From Candidatus Ornithospirochaeta sp. (GTDB lineage Bacteria; Spirochaetota; Spirochaetia; Sphaerochaetales; Sphaerochaetaceae): 62,102 nt of DNA. Made by a program: the position numbers and the translations under genes. The notes under the pieces are model-generated. The model had not been told where the DNA came from and searched no databases. It was given only the letters and a program-made list of their open reading frames with translations. Shown in pieces: positions 54,343 through 62,102 of the stretch. Each line of letters starts with the position of its first letter. The stretch's first letter is position 1. The DNA lies in assembly GCA_034178685.1 (NCBI GenBank), contig JAXFQZ010000179.1, forward strand, positions 1 through 62,102. Direction: 5' to 3'.

Positions 54343-55130
54343 TGGGAGATGGGATCATCAGGGTTGTGATAATAGATGACAATAGGCTCGCCGTGCAGTC
54401 GATCCTCAAGGTAACGGACTGGAAGGGACTGGGATGCAAGGTCGTAGGCACGGCCTATGATGGGATATCGGGACTCGATCTCGTGAACAGGGAGCACCCC
54501 GATATCGTTGTGACCGACATAAGGATGCCGGGCTACGATGGCCTGAATATGATCTCGCAGCTCAGGGAGATGGGAGAGGAGACTTCCTTCATCATAATCT
54601 CGGGATACAACGAATTCGAATACGCGAAGAGGGCGCTGAAGCTCGGCGTCTCCGATTTCCTTGTGAAGCCGATCACGAAGGAGAAGCTCGAGGAAGCCAT
54701 CACAAATGTGATTGCGAAGCTTATCCCCGGCAGGGTCTCCGAGACGAAGGAGCAGTATGAGGCTATCATAGACCAGGTAAGAACCAACATGCCATCATAC
54801 TCAAGCCTGGTCCGAAGCTCCATCGAGTATATCGAGAAGAACATACATAAGGATATAACGCTTTCCTCTGTTGCAGAGCATGAGGGTGTTACGCCTAATT
54901 ACATAAGCCGCATATTCAAGAAGGAGATCGGAATAGGCTTCCAGAACTTCGTGACTCTTCTCAAGATGGACAGGGCGAGGAAGCTTCTGGCCAATCCTCA
55001 GAACAAGGCATATGAGATCGCATCGATGCTGGGATACAGCAACTATGCCTACTTCTCGCAGGTATTCAAGAAGGAGTTCGGCTACTCCCCTACCGACGAG
55101 AGATTCAACAAAGGAAGGAAAGGGGAATAG
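54342..55130 (+). CDS. Response regulator, CheY receiver + AraC-type HTH (YesN-like)
   Basis: 262 aa. VVIIDDN...DIVVTDIRMPGYDG...SGYNEF..., then an AraC HTH (ISRIFKKEIG...GYSNYAYFSQVFKKEFGYSP). TAATG overlap with the kinase gene. Confidence 0.9.
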   Translation: MGDGIIRVVIIDDNRLAVQSILKVTDWKGLGCKVVGTAYDGISGLDLVNREHPDIVVTDIRMPGYDGLNMISQLREMGEETSFIIISGYNEFEYAKRALKLGVSDFLVKPITKEKLEEAITNVIAKLIPGRVSETKEQYEAIIDQVRTNMPSYSSLVRSSIEYIEKNIHKDITLSSVAEHEGVTPNYISRIFKKEIGIGFQNFVTLLKMDRARKLLANPQNKAYEIASMLGYSNYAYFSQVFKKEFGYSPTDERFNKGRKGE

Positions 55131-55132
55131 AA

Positions 55133-55152
55133 ATGGGCGCCGAAGCGCCCAT
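55133..55152. terminator. Hairpin between convergent response-regulator and pepD genes
   Basis: ATGGGCGC-CGAA-GCGCCCAT, a perfect 8-bp stem. The minus-strand side is followed by TTCTATT. Confidence 0.55.
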
Positions 55153-55155
55153 ATA

Positions 55156-56607
55156 TCAGTAATCCTTCATCCCCTCAAGGGTCCTGCAGAGCATCTTCCA
55201 TTCCTTCTGGACGGTGCTGACCTTGACAGTCTCCTCGGTGGTGTGGGCACCTGTGATCTTGGTGCCTGAGCATACGATGTCCGCATCAGGGAATGCCTGG
55301 AAGAAGGCACCGCATTCGTTTCCTCCATGGGAGATCTCGACCAGGATGTCCCTGCCGTACTCCTCATTGAAGATCCTGTTGATGAGTCTGGAGAGCCTGC
55401 TATCCGGCTTATACTCCCATTCAGGGGCATCGGACAGGATCTCGAAGCCTGCTCCGAAGATCCATGCAAGCTGCCTGATCCTCGACCTGTAGAAGGATTT
55501 GCCGCTTCCATAGCGTGCGCGTGCCATGAAGTGGATATCCAGGAATCCTTCCTCAAGCCTTACATAGCCGATGTTGGCGCTCAGCTCAGCAAGACCCTCG
55601 ACGTCCTTGCTCATGCGGATGAGCCCATTGGGGGACACGTTGATGATCGCAGCGGCTTTCCTTGTGGAAACCTCGTCAAGCATCCTTCCCTTCTCAGCAT
55701 CGGACACCTCGATCGTGATGCCCTCGTCCTTTGCAACGTACTCGTTCCTGAGCTTCTTCTGGTAGAAGGATGCGAACTCTGAAAGCTTCTCCCTGTCCTT
55801 CGAGGAGAGCGCGATCACTGCTTCGCTCTCCCTGGTGATCGCATTGTCGACAAGGCCTCCCTCGTATGAAACAAGGGCATAATCGACAGGGACCTCAGAG
55901 AGGAATCTTGCGACGATCGCATTCGCATTGGCACCGCAGTGCGTTGCCATAAGCCCGGAGTGTCCTCCGATGAGTCCTGATACCGATACCTTGCAGAATG
56001 CATCGAAGGCATCATTCTCGCTGTACGACACGGGGAGCTTGACATCGTAGGTAGACGTTCCTGCGCATCCGACTACTATTCCTTCGTCAGAGCAATCCAG
56101 GTTGAGGATGACGCGGCCCTTCAGGCGATCGAACTCAAGGTTGCGGATTCCTGTCATGCCTGCTTCCTCATTGACTGTGAGCACGATCTCAAGTGCAGGA
56201 TGCTTCAGTGTCTTAGACTCCATGACGCACATCGCGAATGCCACTCCGGTGCCATCGTCTGCGCCGAGAGTCGTATCCTTCGCGTGGATATCGTCGCCAT
56301 CGACTACGACCTCGATAGGGTCCTTCTCGAAGTCATGGCTGCTCTCAGGCGTCTTCTGGCATACCATATCCAGATGCGCCTCAAGGACAACTATCGGAAG
56401 ATCCTCGTATCCAGGCGTAGCATCCTTCCTTATGATGAGGTTGTTCACCTTGTCCTGATAGGTATCAAGCCCCAGTCCAATGGCGAAATCCCTTACGTAA
56501 TCGCTGATAGCCTTCTCGTTGTTCGATCCATGCGGAATCTGGCAAAGCTCATCGAAGAGCTCGAACACACGCTTAGGCTCCAATCCTTCAAGGCTTTTAT
56601 TGAACAT
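55156..56607 (-). CDS. pepD: Aminoacyl-histidine (Xaa-His) dipeptidase PepD (M20C)
   Basis: 483 aa from ATG 56607, with AAGGAGAAGGA upstream. EPKRVFELFDELCQIPHGSNNE, LEAHLDMV, LGADDGTG, TVNEEAGMTG and HTTEE. Confidence 0.9.
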   Translation of the reverse strand: MFNKSLEGLEPKRVFELFDELCQIPHGSNNEKAISDYVRDFAIGLGLDTYQDKVNNLIIRKDATPGYEDLPIVVLEAHLDMVCQKTPESSHDFEKDPIEVVVDGDDIHAKDTTLGADDGTGVAFAMCVMESKTLKHPALEIVLTVNEEAGMTGIRNLEFDRLKGRVILNLDCSDEGIVVGCAGTSTYDVKLPVSYSENDAFDAFCKVSVSGLIGGHSGLMATHCGANANAIVARFLSEVPVDYALVSYEGGLVDNAITRESEAVIALSSKDREKLSEFASFYQKKLRNEYVAKDEGITIEVSDAEKGRMLDEVSTRKAAAIINVSPNGLIRMSKDVEGLAELSANIGYVRLEEGFLDIHFMARARYGSGKSFYRSRIRQLAWIFGAGFEILSDAPEWEYKPDSRLSRLINRIFNEEYGRDILVEISHGGNECGAFFQAFPDADIVCSGTKITGAHTTEETVKVSTVQKEWKMLCRTLEGMKDY

Positions 56608-56618
56608 ATTCCTTCTCC

Positions 56619-57860
56619 TTATTTCCTGCTGTTTTCCACTGAGTGCATGACAAGAGCCACCGTGATGACTGCATAGCATGCGAATACGCGGAAGTACTCA
56701 CCCATCTGGGCATCTCCGAAGAGCTCGCGTCCGGCGATCGGGGAAATCGCATACATGGTATGGAAGAGGAATGCTCCGAGGAACACCTGCTTGATGTTTG
56801 CCTTCCTGATCGATGCGCCTCCTACCAGAAGGGCTGCGATAGCGAAGGTTCCTACGTTCTCATGCGCATTGTATGTAGCGAAGTTCCCGATATCCTGGAT
56901 GAAGATGAGCTGTCCAAGCGATGCAAGGATGGTCGATACAACCGTTGCCTTGATCCTGATCGAATCGACGTTGATGCCCATGCTTGCTGCAACATCCCTG
57001 TTCTGTCCTACGGCGCTGATATCGCTTCCGAGCTTAGTACGCCCGAAGTATGTGATGAACAGGCATACAGCAAGGATGACGAAGCCTGTTGCGACAGGGA
57101 TCTTAGTGAGGATGAACATCATCCTGAACCTCGGATAGCAGAAGAGGAGGATGAAGTAAATGGCAGCGATAGCAATAGAGGCAAAGAGACCGTACTGCTT
57201 CTTCCAGCTGAAGGCCTTGCCCTTCTTTCTCCAGTCCATGAAGGCAAGTGCGGCCATCCAGACGACAGCTACGACGAGAACGATCGAGAAGAACGTCGTA
57301 GGAGCCATCTTCATTATATTGTTGATTGCTCCAGTGGTCTTATCGTCGAGTACGATCGGAGTGATGAGCCCTATGCCATTTGTCAGCAGAAGCTCTGGGT
57401 TCTTGATAGGAATAACCGGTCCGCATAGGAACATGAAGACCAGATCGTATATTCCCTTTGCGAAGAAGCCGAGGATCATTCCGGTGATCATCTCCTGCCC
57501 CTTGGTGCGGTTGAAGAGCTTTCCTGTGAGGAAGCCGAAGATGACAGCGAACGGAATCGAGATCACGAATGCCAGAGCAAGTCCGCCTACTCCCCCGATA
57601 TAGAAGTTCTTGACGATTATAAGGCCGATCTGGGCTGCCATTGCACCGATTACGATGCTGAAGTTCAGGCCCAGTCCTGCCCATACAGGAACAAGGAGGG
57701 ATAGGATCAGGATGGCATTCCTGAATATCCTTGTGACGATTTCGTTCACGAGCCATGCAGCTGGCTGCTTAGCTACTGCGATCTCAAGCACACAGATTAT
57801 CGCGAAGAGAATCAGTACGAGATTCTCAGAGATTGTTTCCCTAATCTTTGTCTTATTCAT
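56619..57860 (-). CDS. ABC transporter permease (CUT2/BMP-type, second permease)
   Basis: 413 aa and about 10 TM helices, with Gly/Ala-rich patterning as in ribose/nucleoside-type permeases. Lies in an operon with a tandem-NBD ATPase. Confidence 0.85.
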   Translation of the reverse strand: MNKTKIRETISENLVLILFAIICVLEIAVAKQPAAWLVNEIVTRIFRNAILILSLLVPVWAGLGLNFSIVIGAMAAQIGLIIVKNFYIGGVGGLALAFVISIPFAVIFGFLTGKLFNRTKGQEMITGMILGFFAKGIYDLVFMFLCGPVIPIKNPELLLTNGIGLITPIVLDDKTTGAINNIMKMAPTTFFSIVLVVAVVWMAALAFMDWRKKGKAFSWKKQYGLFASIAIAAIYFILLFCYPRFRMMFILTKIPVATGFVILAVCLFITYFGRTKLGSDISAVGQNRDVAASMGINVDSIRIKATVVSTILASLGQLIFIQDIGNFATYNAHENVGTFAIAALLVGGASIRKANIKQVFLGAFLFHTMYAISPIAGRELFGDAQMGEYFRVFACYAVITVALVMHSVENSRK

Positions 57861-57864
57861 TTTC

Positions 57865-58902
57865 TCAGCCCTCCGCCTTCATCTGCGCAAGCGAGTAAAG
57901 GATGATGCCATTGCTGACGATCGTCCTTACGACCTCAGAGATGTTTCCTTCAGGAATGATTGCGCTTGCAACCGGTACAGCGATTGCCAGCATGCTCTGG
58001 AAGAGAACGGTACCCAGGACGACGTTGAATATCGTTACGCGGCGGGAATCGGCTCCTCCGATAAGCACTGCGGCTACAGCAGGGAATGCCATCATCAGAG
58101 GCGCATTGTACAGCTGGTAGAAGCCGAAGCCCTGTGCGTAGATGATGATTCCGATTCCTCCTAGCACTGTCGAGATGATCGTGCTTGCGGTCCTCATCCT
58201 CGAGACGTTGACTCCATTAGCGACTGCATAGCGTGGATTCGAGCCTGCGCATACCATCTCGATTCCGAGCTTGCTCCTGCAGAAGAGATACATTATGAAG
58301 CAGAAGAGCGCTACGAAAAGCAACAGACCTGTAGGAATCTCGATGGATCCGATATGGATGACCCATAGCTTGTTCAGAACCCTGTCATACCATGCATCAA
58401 GCGTGATTGTGGTTCTTATTCCCTTTCCGATAGGCCATACGATTCCCGGGTTATCGAACGGGAAAAGAAGCCAGCCTATGCACATAAGGGCTACGATGGA
58501 GAAGCCTGTGTATGTCGAGACCATCTGCTCGCTGCCCTTCACCCTGTTCAGGAGGAGGCTGTACAGATAGCCGAAGACAACGCTTAGCGGAATGGATATG
58601 AGCATTGCGACGAATATGCCGGCAAAGCCTGTGATATTGTACTGGAGGCTTATCATTCCGGCAAAGAGCCCGCATTCGATGCCTATGGGCAATGCATAGT
58701 TCATTCCGGTTCCCGCCATGATGCCAGGCATCATAGCAAGCGCAAGGACCATGTTGATTCCTATCCTGACAAGGCACTGCGAGATAGTGAGACCTACAGG
58801 TACCTTGTATACTGCCATGAGGATGACGAGCACGAACAGGAAGCAGATGATGATCAGCCTTGGCAGACCCATTCTTGATATTATGTTCTTTATTCTATCC
58901 AT
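57865..58902 (-). CDS. ABC transporter permease (CUT2/BMP-type, first permease)
   Basis: 345 aa from ATG 58902, with GAGG upstream. Multi-TM. The ORF-track start at 58989 would overlap the ATPase gene. Confidence 0.85.
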   Translation of the reverse strand: MDRIKNIISRMGLPRLIIICFLFVLVILMAVYKVPVGLTISQCLVRIGINMVLALAMMPGIMAGTGMNYALPIGIECGLFAGMISLQYNITGFAGIFVAMLISIPLSVVFGYLYSLLLNRVKGSEQMVSTYTGFSIVALMCIGWLLFPFDNPGIVWPIGKGIRTTITLDAWYDRVLNKLWVIHIGSIEIPTGLLLFVALFCFIMYLFCRSKLGIEMVCAGSNPRYAVANGVNVSRMRTASTIISTVLGGIGIIIYAQGFGFYQLYNAPLMMAFPAVAAVLIGGADSRRVTIFNVVLGTVLFQSMLAIAVPVASAIIPEGNISEVVRTIVSNGIILYSLAQMKAEG

Positions 58903-58909
58903 ATGATCC

Positions 58910-60490
58910 TCAAACCTTTTCACCTGACATGAGAAGAGCGAAATCAACCTGAGGCGAATCAGGAGGCAGGATGCCCTGGACAACGCCATCTGTGATTATT
59001 GCAACGCGGTCGCAGATAGAGCAGAGCTCCTTTAGCTCGGAAGATGTCATTACGATAGTGATTCCTTCCTTCCTGTTGATCTCAGCAAGGTAGTCGAGCA
59101 GAAGCTGCTTTGCTCCGATATCGATTCCGCGCGTAGGCTCGGATACGAACAGGACATCAGGCTCTGTCAGCAATGCCCTTGCCACGCATACCTTCTGCTG
59201 GTTTCCGCCGGAAAGGGATCCAACCCTCTGCTCAGGGCCAGTGCACCTGATATCGAGCTTCCCGATCATCTCCTTCGTCGTCTTATCAGCGCTCTTCGAG
59301 TCGTACAGGCTGAAGAAGCCGAGCTTTCGAAGGAACGAGTTGTCGAGCTTCATCTTCGTAAACGAGACATTCAGGGCAATCGACTGGTCTAGCAGCAGCC
59401 CGACTCCCTTCCTATCCTCGGATACGAACGCAAGCTTCTTCGAGAGAGCCTCGCCTGTCTTCTGGTTATTGAGCACCTCTCCGTTGTAAACGACCTTTCC
59501 CTTTGTAGGATACATGCCGAAGACTCCGTTTGAGATGCTTGCCTTTCCCTGTCCGGCAAGTCCTCCGATTCCGAGTATCTCGCCCCTTCTGACCTTGAGG
59601 TTGATTCCCTTGGTAGGCTCACCGGGCATATCGACGGCAAAGTCCTCGAAGCTGAGAACGATATCGTTATCGTCGAACTTCCTGTCCTTGTTGAGGATGC
59701 CCTCAGCGCTGAGCTCATGTCCGACCATCGTAGCAGCGATCTCTTCCTTTGTCGTATCCTTCGTAAGCTTGTTGAATACAAGCCTGCCATCGCGGAGGAC
59801 AACTGTCCTATCTGCAAGCTTGATGATCTCCTCGAGCCTGTGGCTGATGAAGATAACGGAGATTCCCTCGTCTGCGATCTTCCTTATGCATTCGATGAAC
59901 TTCTCTGCCTCTGTCTCCGTGAGCACTGCCGTAGGCTCATCGAGGACCAGCAGCTTGAGATTGGATTTATTTATTTCCCTTGCGATCTCGATGAACTGCT
60001 TCGTACCGACAGAGACATTGTGGACCTTTGTCTCAGGATCCACATCCATTCCGAGCCTTCCGATGGATTCGGAAGCGCTTCTGTTGATGCTGCCTATGTC
60101 TACTGTGTCGTAGTTCTTACCGAAAATCCTGCCAAGTGGGTTTGTCTTCAGATTCTCTCGGTTCAGCTTGATGTTCCTGCCAATGGAGAAGCCTGGGATG
60201 AGCATGAATTCCTGATGGACCATTCCTATTCCGTGCTCCATGGCATCATGAGGGGATTTGATGCTTACGGGTTTTCCCTCGAATTCAATCTGACCTTCAT
60301 AGCCTCCGGTTTTCTGGATCACATCCATGCCGAAGAGAATATTCATAAGCGTTGACTTGCCGGCACCGTTCTCGCCTGCAAGCGCTACTATCTCCCCAGG
60401 GGCGATCGAGAAATCGATTCCTGACAGAACGACGTTCCCTGAGAAGCTTTTCCTGATTTCCTTGAACCTTAGAAGTGGAGTTGAAGCCAT
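58910..60490 (-). CDS. ABC transporter ATP-binding protein with two fused NBDs (sugar/nucleoside CUT2 type)
   Basis: Walker A GENGAGKST, LSVGTKQ signature, LLVLDEPT. The second NBD has a degenerate P-loop (GLAGQGKAS), LSGGNQQK and LFVSEPTRGID. Start ATG 60490, with AAGGA upstream. Confidence 0.92.
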   Translation of the reverse strand: MASTPLLRFKEIRKSFSGNVVLSGIDFSIAPGEIVALAGENGAGKSTLMNILFGMDVIQKTGGYEGQIEFEGKPVSIKSPHDAMEHGIGMVHQEFMLIPGFSIGRNIKLNRENLKTNPLGRIFGKNYDTVDIGSINRSASESIGRLGMDVDPETKVHNVSVGTKQFIEIAREINKSNLKLLVLDEPTAVLTETEAEKFIECIRKIADEGISVIFISHRLEEIIKLADRTVVLRDGRLVFNKLTKDTTKEEIAATMVGHELSAEGILNKDRKFDDNDIVLSFEDFAVDMPGEPTKGINLKVRRGEILGIGGLAGQGKASISNGVFGMYPTKGKVVYNGEVLNNQKTGEALSKKLAFVSEDRKGVGLLLDQSIALNVSFTKMKLDNSFLRKLGFFSLYDSKSADKTTKEMIGKLDIRCTGPEQRVGSLSGGNQQKVCVARALLTEPDVLFVSEPTRGIDIGAKQLLLDYLAEINRKEGITIVMTSSELKELCSICDRVAIITDGVVQGILPPDSPQVDFALLMSGEKV

Positions 60491-60582
60491 AAGATTCCTT
60501 ATTGATTGATCGGCGATTGCATAGCAATACGCAAAAAAACAAGGGTGGATAACAATAGCCATCCACCCCTGAAAACCATCGA

Positions 60583-61719
60583 TTAGAGAGTGATGTATCT
60601 ACCGAGGATGACGAAGAAGTTGTCGTACTGCTTGTTTGTAGATGGGTCTACATACTGCCTTACGGAAACATCGCCGCCAGCGAAGTCAGAGAGCTCCTGC
60701 GTGAATGCAGCGAGGTCTGTCTTGCTTGAGATCTTGCCTTCGCAGTAAGCCTTAGCATAGTTGAAGGCTGTTGTCATGAACATTGTGTGCTGTGGAGCTG
60801 TCCATACACCCATTCTTCCTGTCATGCCCTTCTCTGCGAGCTTAGCGCTGATAGCCTCTCTCATGTAGTCGATGTCACCCTTCTTGTCCTCTGGAACCTC
60901 GATTCCGAGAGCGCCTGGGAATGCATAGAATACTGACGGGTTATCCGGCATTGGATAGAGAGCGCCTGTCTCGTATACAGCCTTGCACATTGGCTCCTGC
61001 TGTCCAGCGTTTGTTCCGAAGAATGCTGTATCCTTTCCATACTGCTCAACCTTGCGAGGAACATCCTCGAGGACGAACTGCTGTGTTCCGGAGATGCCAG
61101 CATCTGACATTGGGTCTGGAGTTGTTCCATCGACGAACTGGATGCCATACTTCTCAGCTGTTGTCTTCATGGTCTCGCGCCTTGCGATGTTGAGTGGCTG
61201 AGCCATGTGGCGTGGGAAGGAATAGAGAACGAGTGTCTTAGCGCCCATCTCATGAGCTGCCTCAGCAACCTGGAGACCCATGTTGACCACATCCGGGTGG
61301 TAGACGACGTCAGCTGCAGCGCAGATTACGTCCGGTGCCTCTGATGGAACTCCTGCCATAAGAAGGATGTCTGGCCTTACTTCCCTTACCTTGTTCATTG
61401 CAGCGGCTGTTCCTTCCATAGCTGTCTGGAAGATGATTGCCTTGACTGCAGGATCGGCAGCCATCGAAAGAGCGTTGGAGATTGTTGTCTCCTGCTCTGA
61501 AGCAGCCTTATCTGGGAATGTCTGGTGGATTACGATATTAGGATTCTGCTCCTTGAGAGTCTCAGCGATTCTGAAAGCCTCTTCAGCCTGCGATACTGTC
61601 TCTGTGATGAGACCGATCTTGTACTGTGAGCTTGCCTTTGGAGCTTCCTGCGCGCCATTGGCGAAAACAGAGCTTAGAGCAATAAGAGCTACCAATGAAA
61701 TAACTAGTGCTTTTTTCAT
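60583..61719 (-). CDS. Secreted periplasmic-binding-protein-like solute receptor (resembles DUF3798 / PBP type I)
   Basis: Signal peptide MKKALVISLVALIALSSVFA. Two-lobe alpha/beta patterning (KIGLITETVSQ..., AIIFQTAMEG..., TLVLYSFPRH...). First gene of the ABC operon. The DUF3798 assignment is from memory. Confidence 0.7.
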   Translation of the reverse strand: MKKALVISLVALIALSSVFANGAQEAPKASSQYKIGLITETVSQAEEAFRIAETLKEQNPNIVIHQTFPDKAASEQETTISNALSMAADPAVKAIIFQTAMEGTAAAMNKVREVRPDILLMAGVPSEAPDVICAAADVVYHPDVVNMGLQVAEAAHEMGAKTLVLYSFPRHMAQPLNIARRETMKTTAEKYGIQFVDGTTPDPMSDAGISGTQQFVLEDVPRKVEQYGKDTAFFGTNAGQQEPMCKAVYETGALYPMPDNPSVFYAFPGALGIEVPEDKKGDIDYMREAISAKLAEKGMTGRMGVWTAPQHTMFMTTAFNYAKAYCEGKISSKTDLAAFTQELSDFAGGDVSVRQYVDPSTNKQYDNFFVILGRYITL

Positions 61720-62102
61720 TTCTCTTTCTTCCTTTTTTAGTTTGATTTATTGGATGGTACCACCTGAAAAGAAGAAAATGTTTTACAGATTCTTACAATA
61801 ATTTTAGAAAATTAGCACAATAGGCATCCCTTGAAAGCAATTGGGTAATTATAGCTATGGCAATGAATAGGATAAGACAATGGATTGCATGCCATCTACA
61901 TTGCCTGGCAGCATATAGGGGATTGCTTTCCGGGATGGATTCTTAACCCATTCTTCATGAATCAGCGCGAAAGCCGTCATCCTGTCATAAGATCATCTGT
62001 TTCCCATATTTCAATACGAGAGAGCCAAATCAGGACACATAATGCCAATTGCTCTCATCCTGCATAGCGGCAGGCTCTGCATATCACCCATTCACATTCT
62101 TT

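Noticed and set aside
1-62102. A search by eye for CRISPR arrays, direct or tandem repeats, transposases, integrases, phage genes, restriction-modification systems and known defence-system hallmarks.
   Set aside because: Nothing of this kind was found. The intergenic space is tiny and is explained by promoters and terminator hairpins. An automated repeat or defence-gene scan could still reveal something I cannot see manually.
61720-62102. The 380-bp region upstream of the ABC operon, considered as a riboswitch or leader. It includes the 60-aa plus-strand ORF at 61885-62067 and a possible 15-codon gene tail on the minus strand at 62055-62102.
   Set aside because: I could not match any riboswitch consensus (purine, glycine, lysine, T-box and others). 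The ORF has no SD and an odd composition. The 15-codon fragment is too short to support a call. The region is probably just promoter and 5' UTR.
1-62102. Recoding events: in-frame TGA selenocysteine, programmed frameshifts, split genes or pseudogenes.
   Set aside because: All recognisable genes are full length in a single frame. No adjacent same-family ORF fragments were seen.

Overview
This is a dense chromosomal segment that is almost entirely protein-coding, with about 61 CDS and 1 tRNA. Genes are often joined by ATGA/TGATG start-stop overlaps. The content looks like the core genome of an anaerobic, fermentative, diderm bacterium. My best taxonomic guess, which is inference only, is a spirochaete-like lineage. 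The supporting features are a class I lysyl-tRNA synthetase, an ECF transporter module, CdaA/CdaR, a trimeric-type [FeFe]-hydrogenase with divergent Rex, and several secreted proteins ending in an OMP-style C-terminal Phe.

Main blocks:
- 1-11995 (minus strand): a co-directional array of ecfT-ecfA-ecfA, a DUF3842-like gene, priA, a UDG-like gene, truA, acpS, cdaR-like, cdaA, glpK and an M16 peptidase.
- 12035-13571: nfo plus a GDPD phosphodiesterase.
- 13540-21276: pepT and two clusters of uncharacterised envelope proteins.
- 21333-29012: SulP permease, a hydC / HATPase / Trx-like / hydB / hydA operon, and rex.
- 29135-38982: ftsH, ogg, an EEP nuclease/phosphatase, clpP, era, a flavoprotein, class I LysRS, an RlpA/SPOR protein, an OMP and a tRNA(CAT).
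- 39126-44803: Fe-ADH, a thioredoxin-like protein with CcdA, a YihY-wHTH fusion, a hydrolase and yfcE.
- 44656-52460: an AOR-like protein, a TGS/uridine-kinase fusion, and a galactokinase-like / surE / ykgJ / nifS / nifU / HTH operon.
- 52672-61719: a YesM/YesN-type two-component pair and an operon of a DUF3798-like binding protein, a CUT2-type ABC transporter and pepD.

I saw no CRISPR array, transposase, integrase, prophage or recognisable defence genes, and I cannot point to an unambiguous novel system. The candidates I consider most worth follow-up are:
- a cysteine-free Trx-like 'ferredoxin' plus a stand-alone GHKL ATPase inside the hydrogenase operon;
- two clusters of translationally coupled lipoprotein, beta-barrel and membrane proteins of unknown function;
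- several enzyme homologues whose catalytic motifs look degenerate (AOR-like, galactokinase-like, UDG-like);
- a sugar-type ABC importer co-transcribed with dipeptidase PepD.

All domain calls come from reading motifs by eye. No database search was run.
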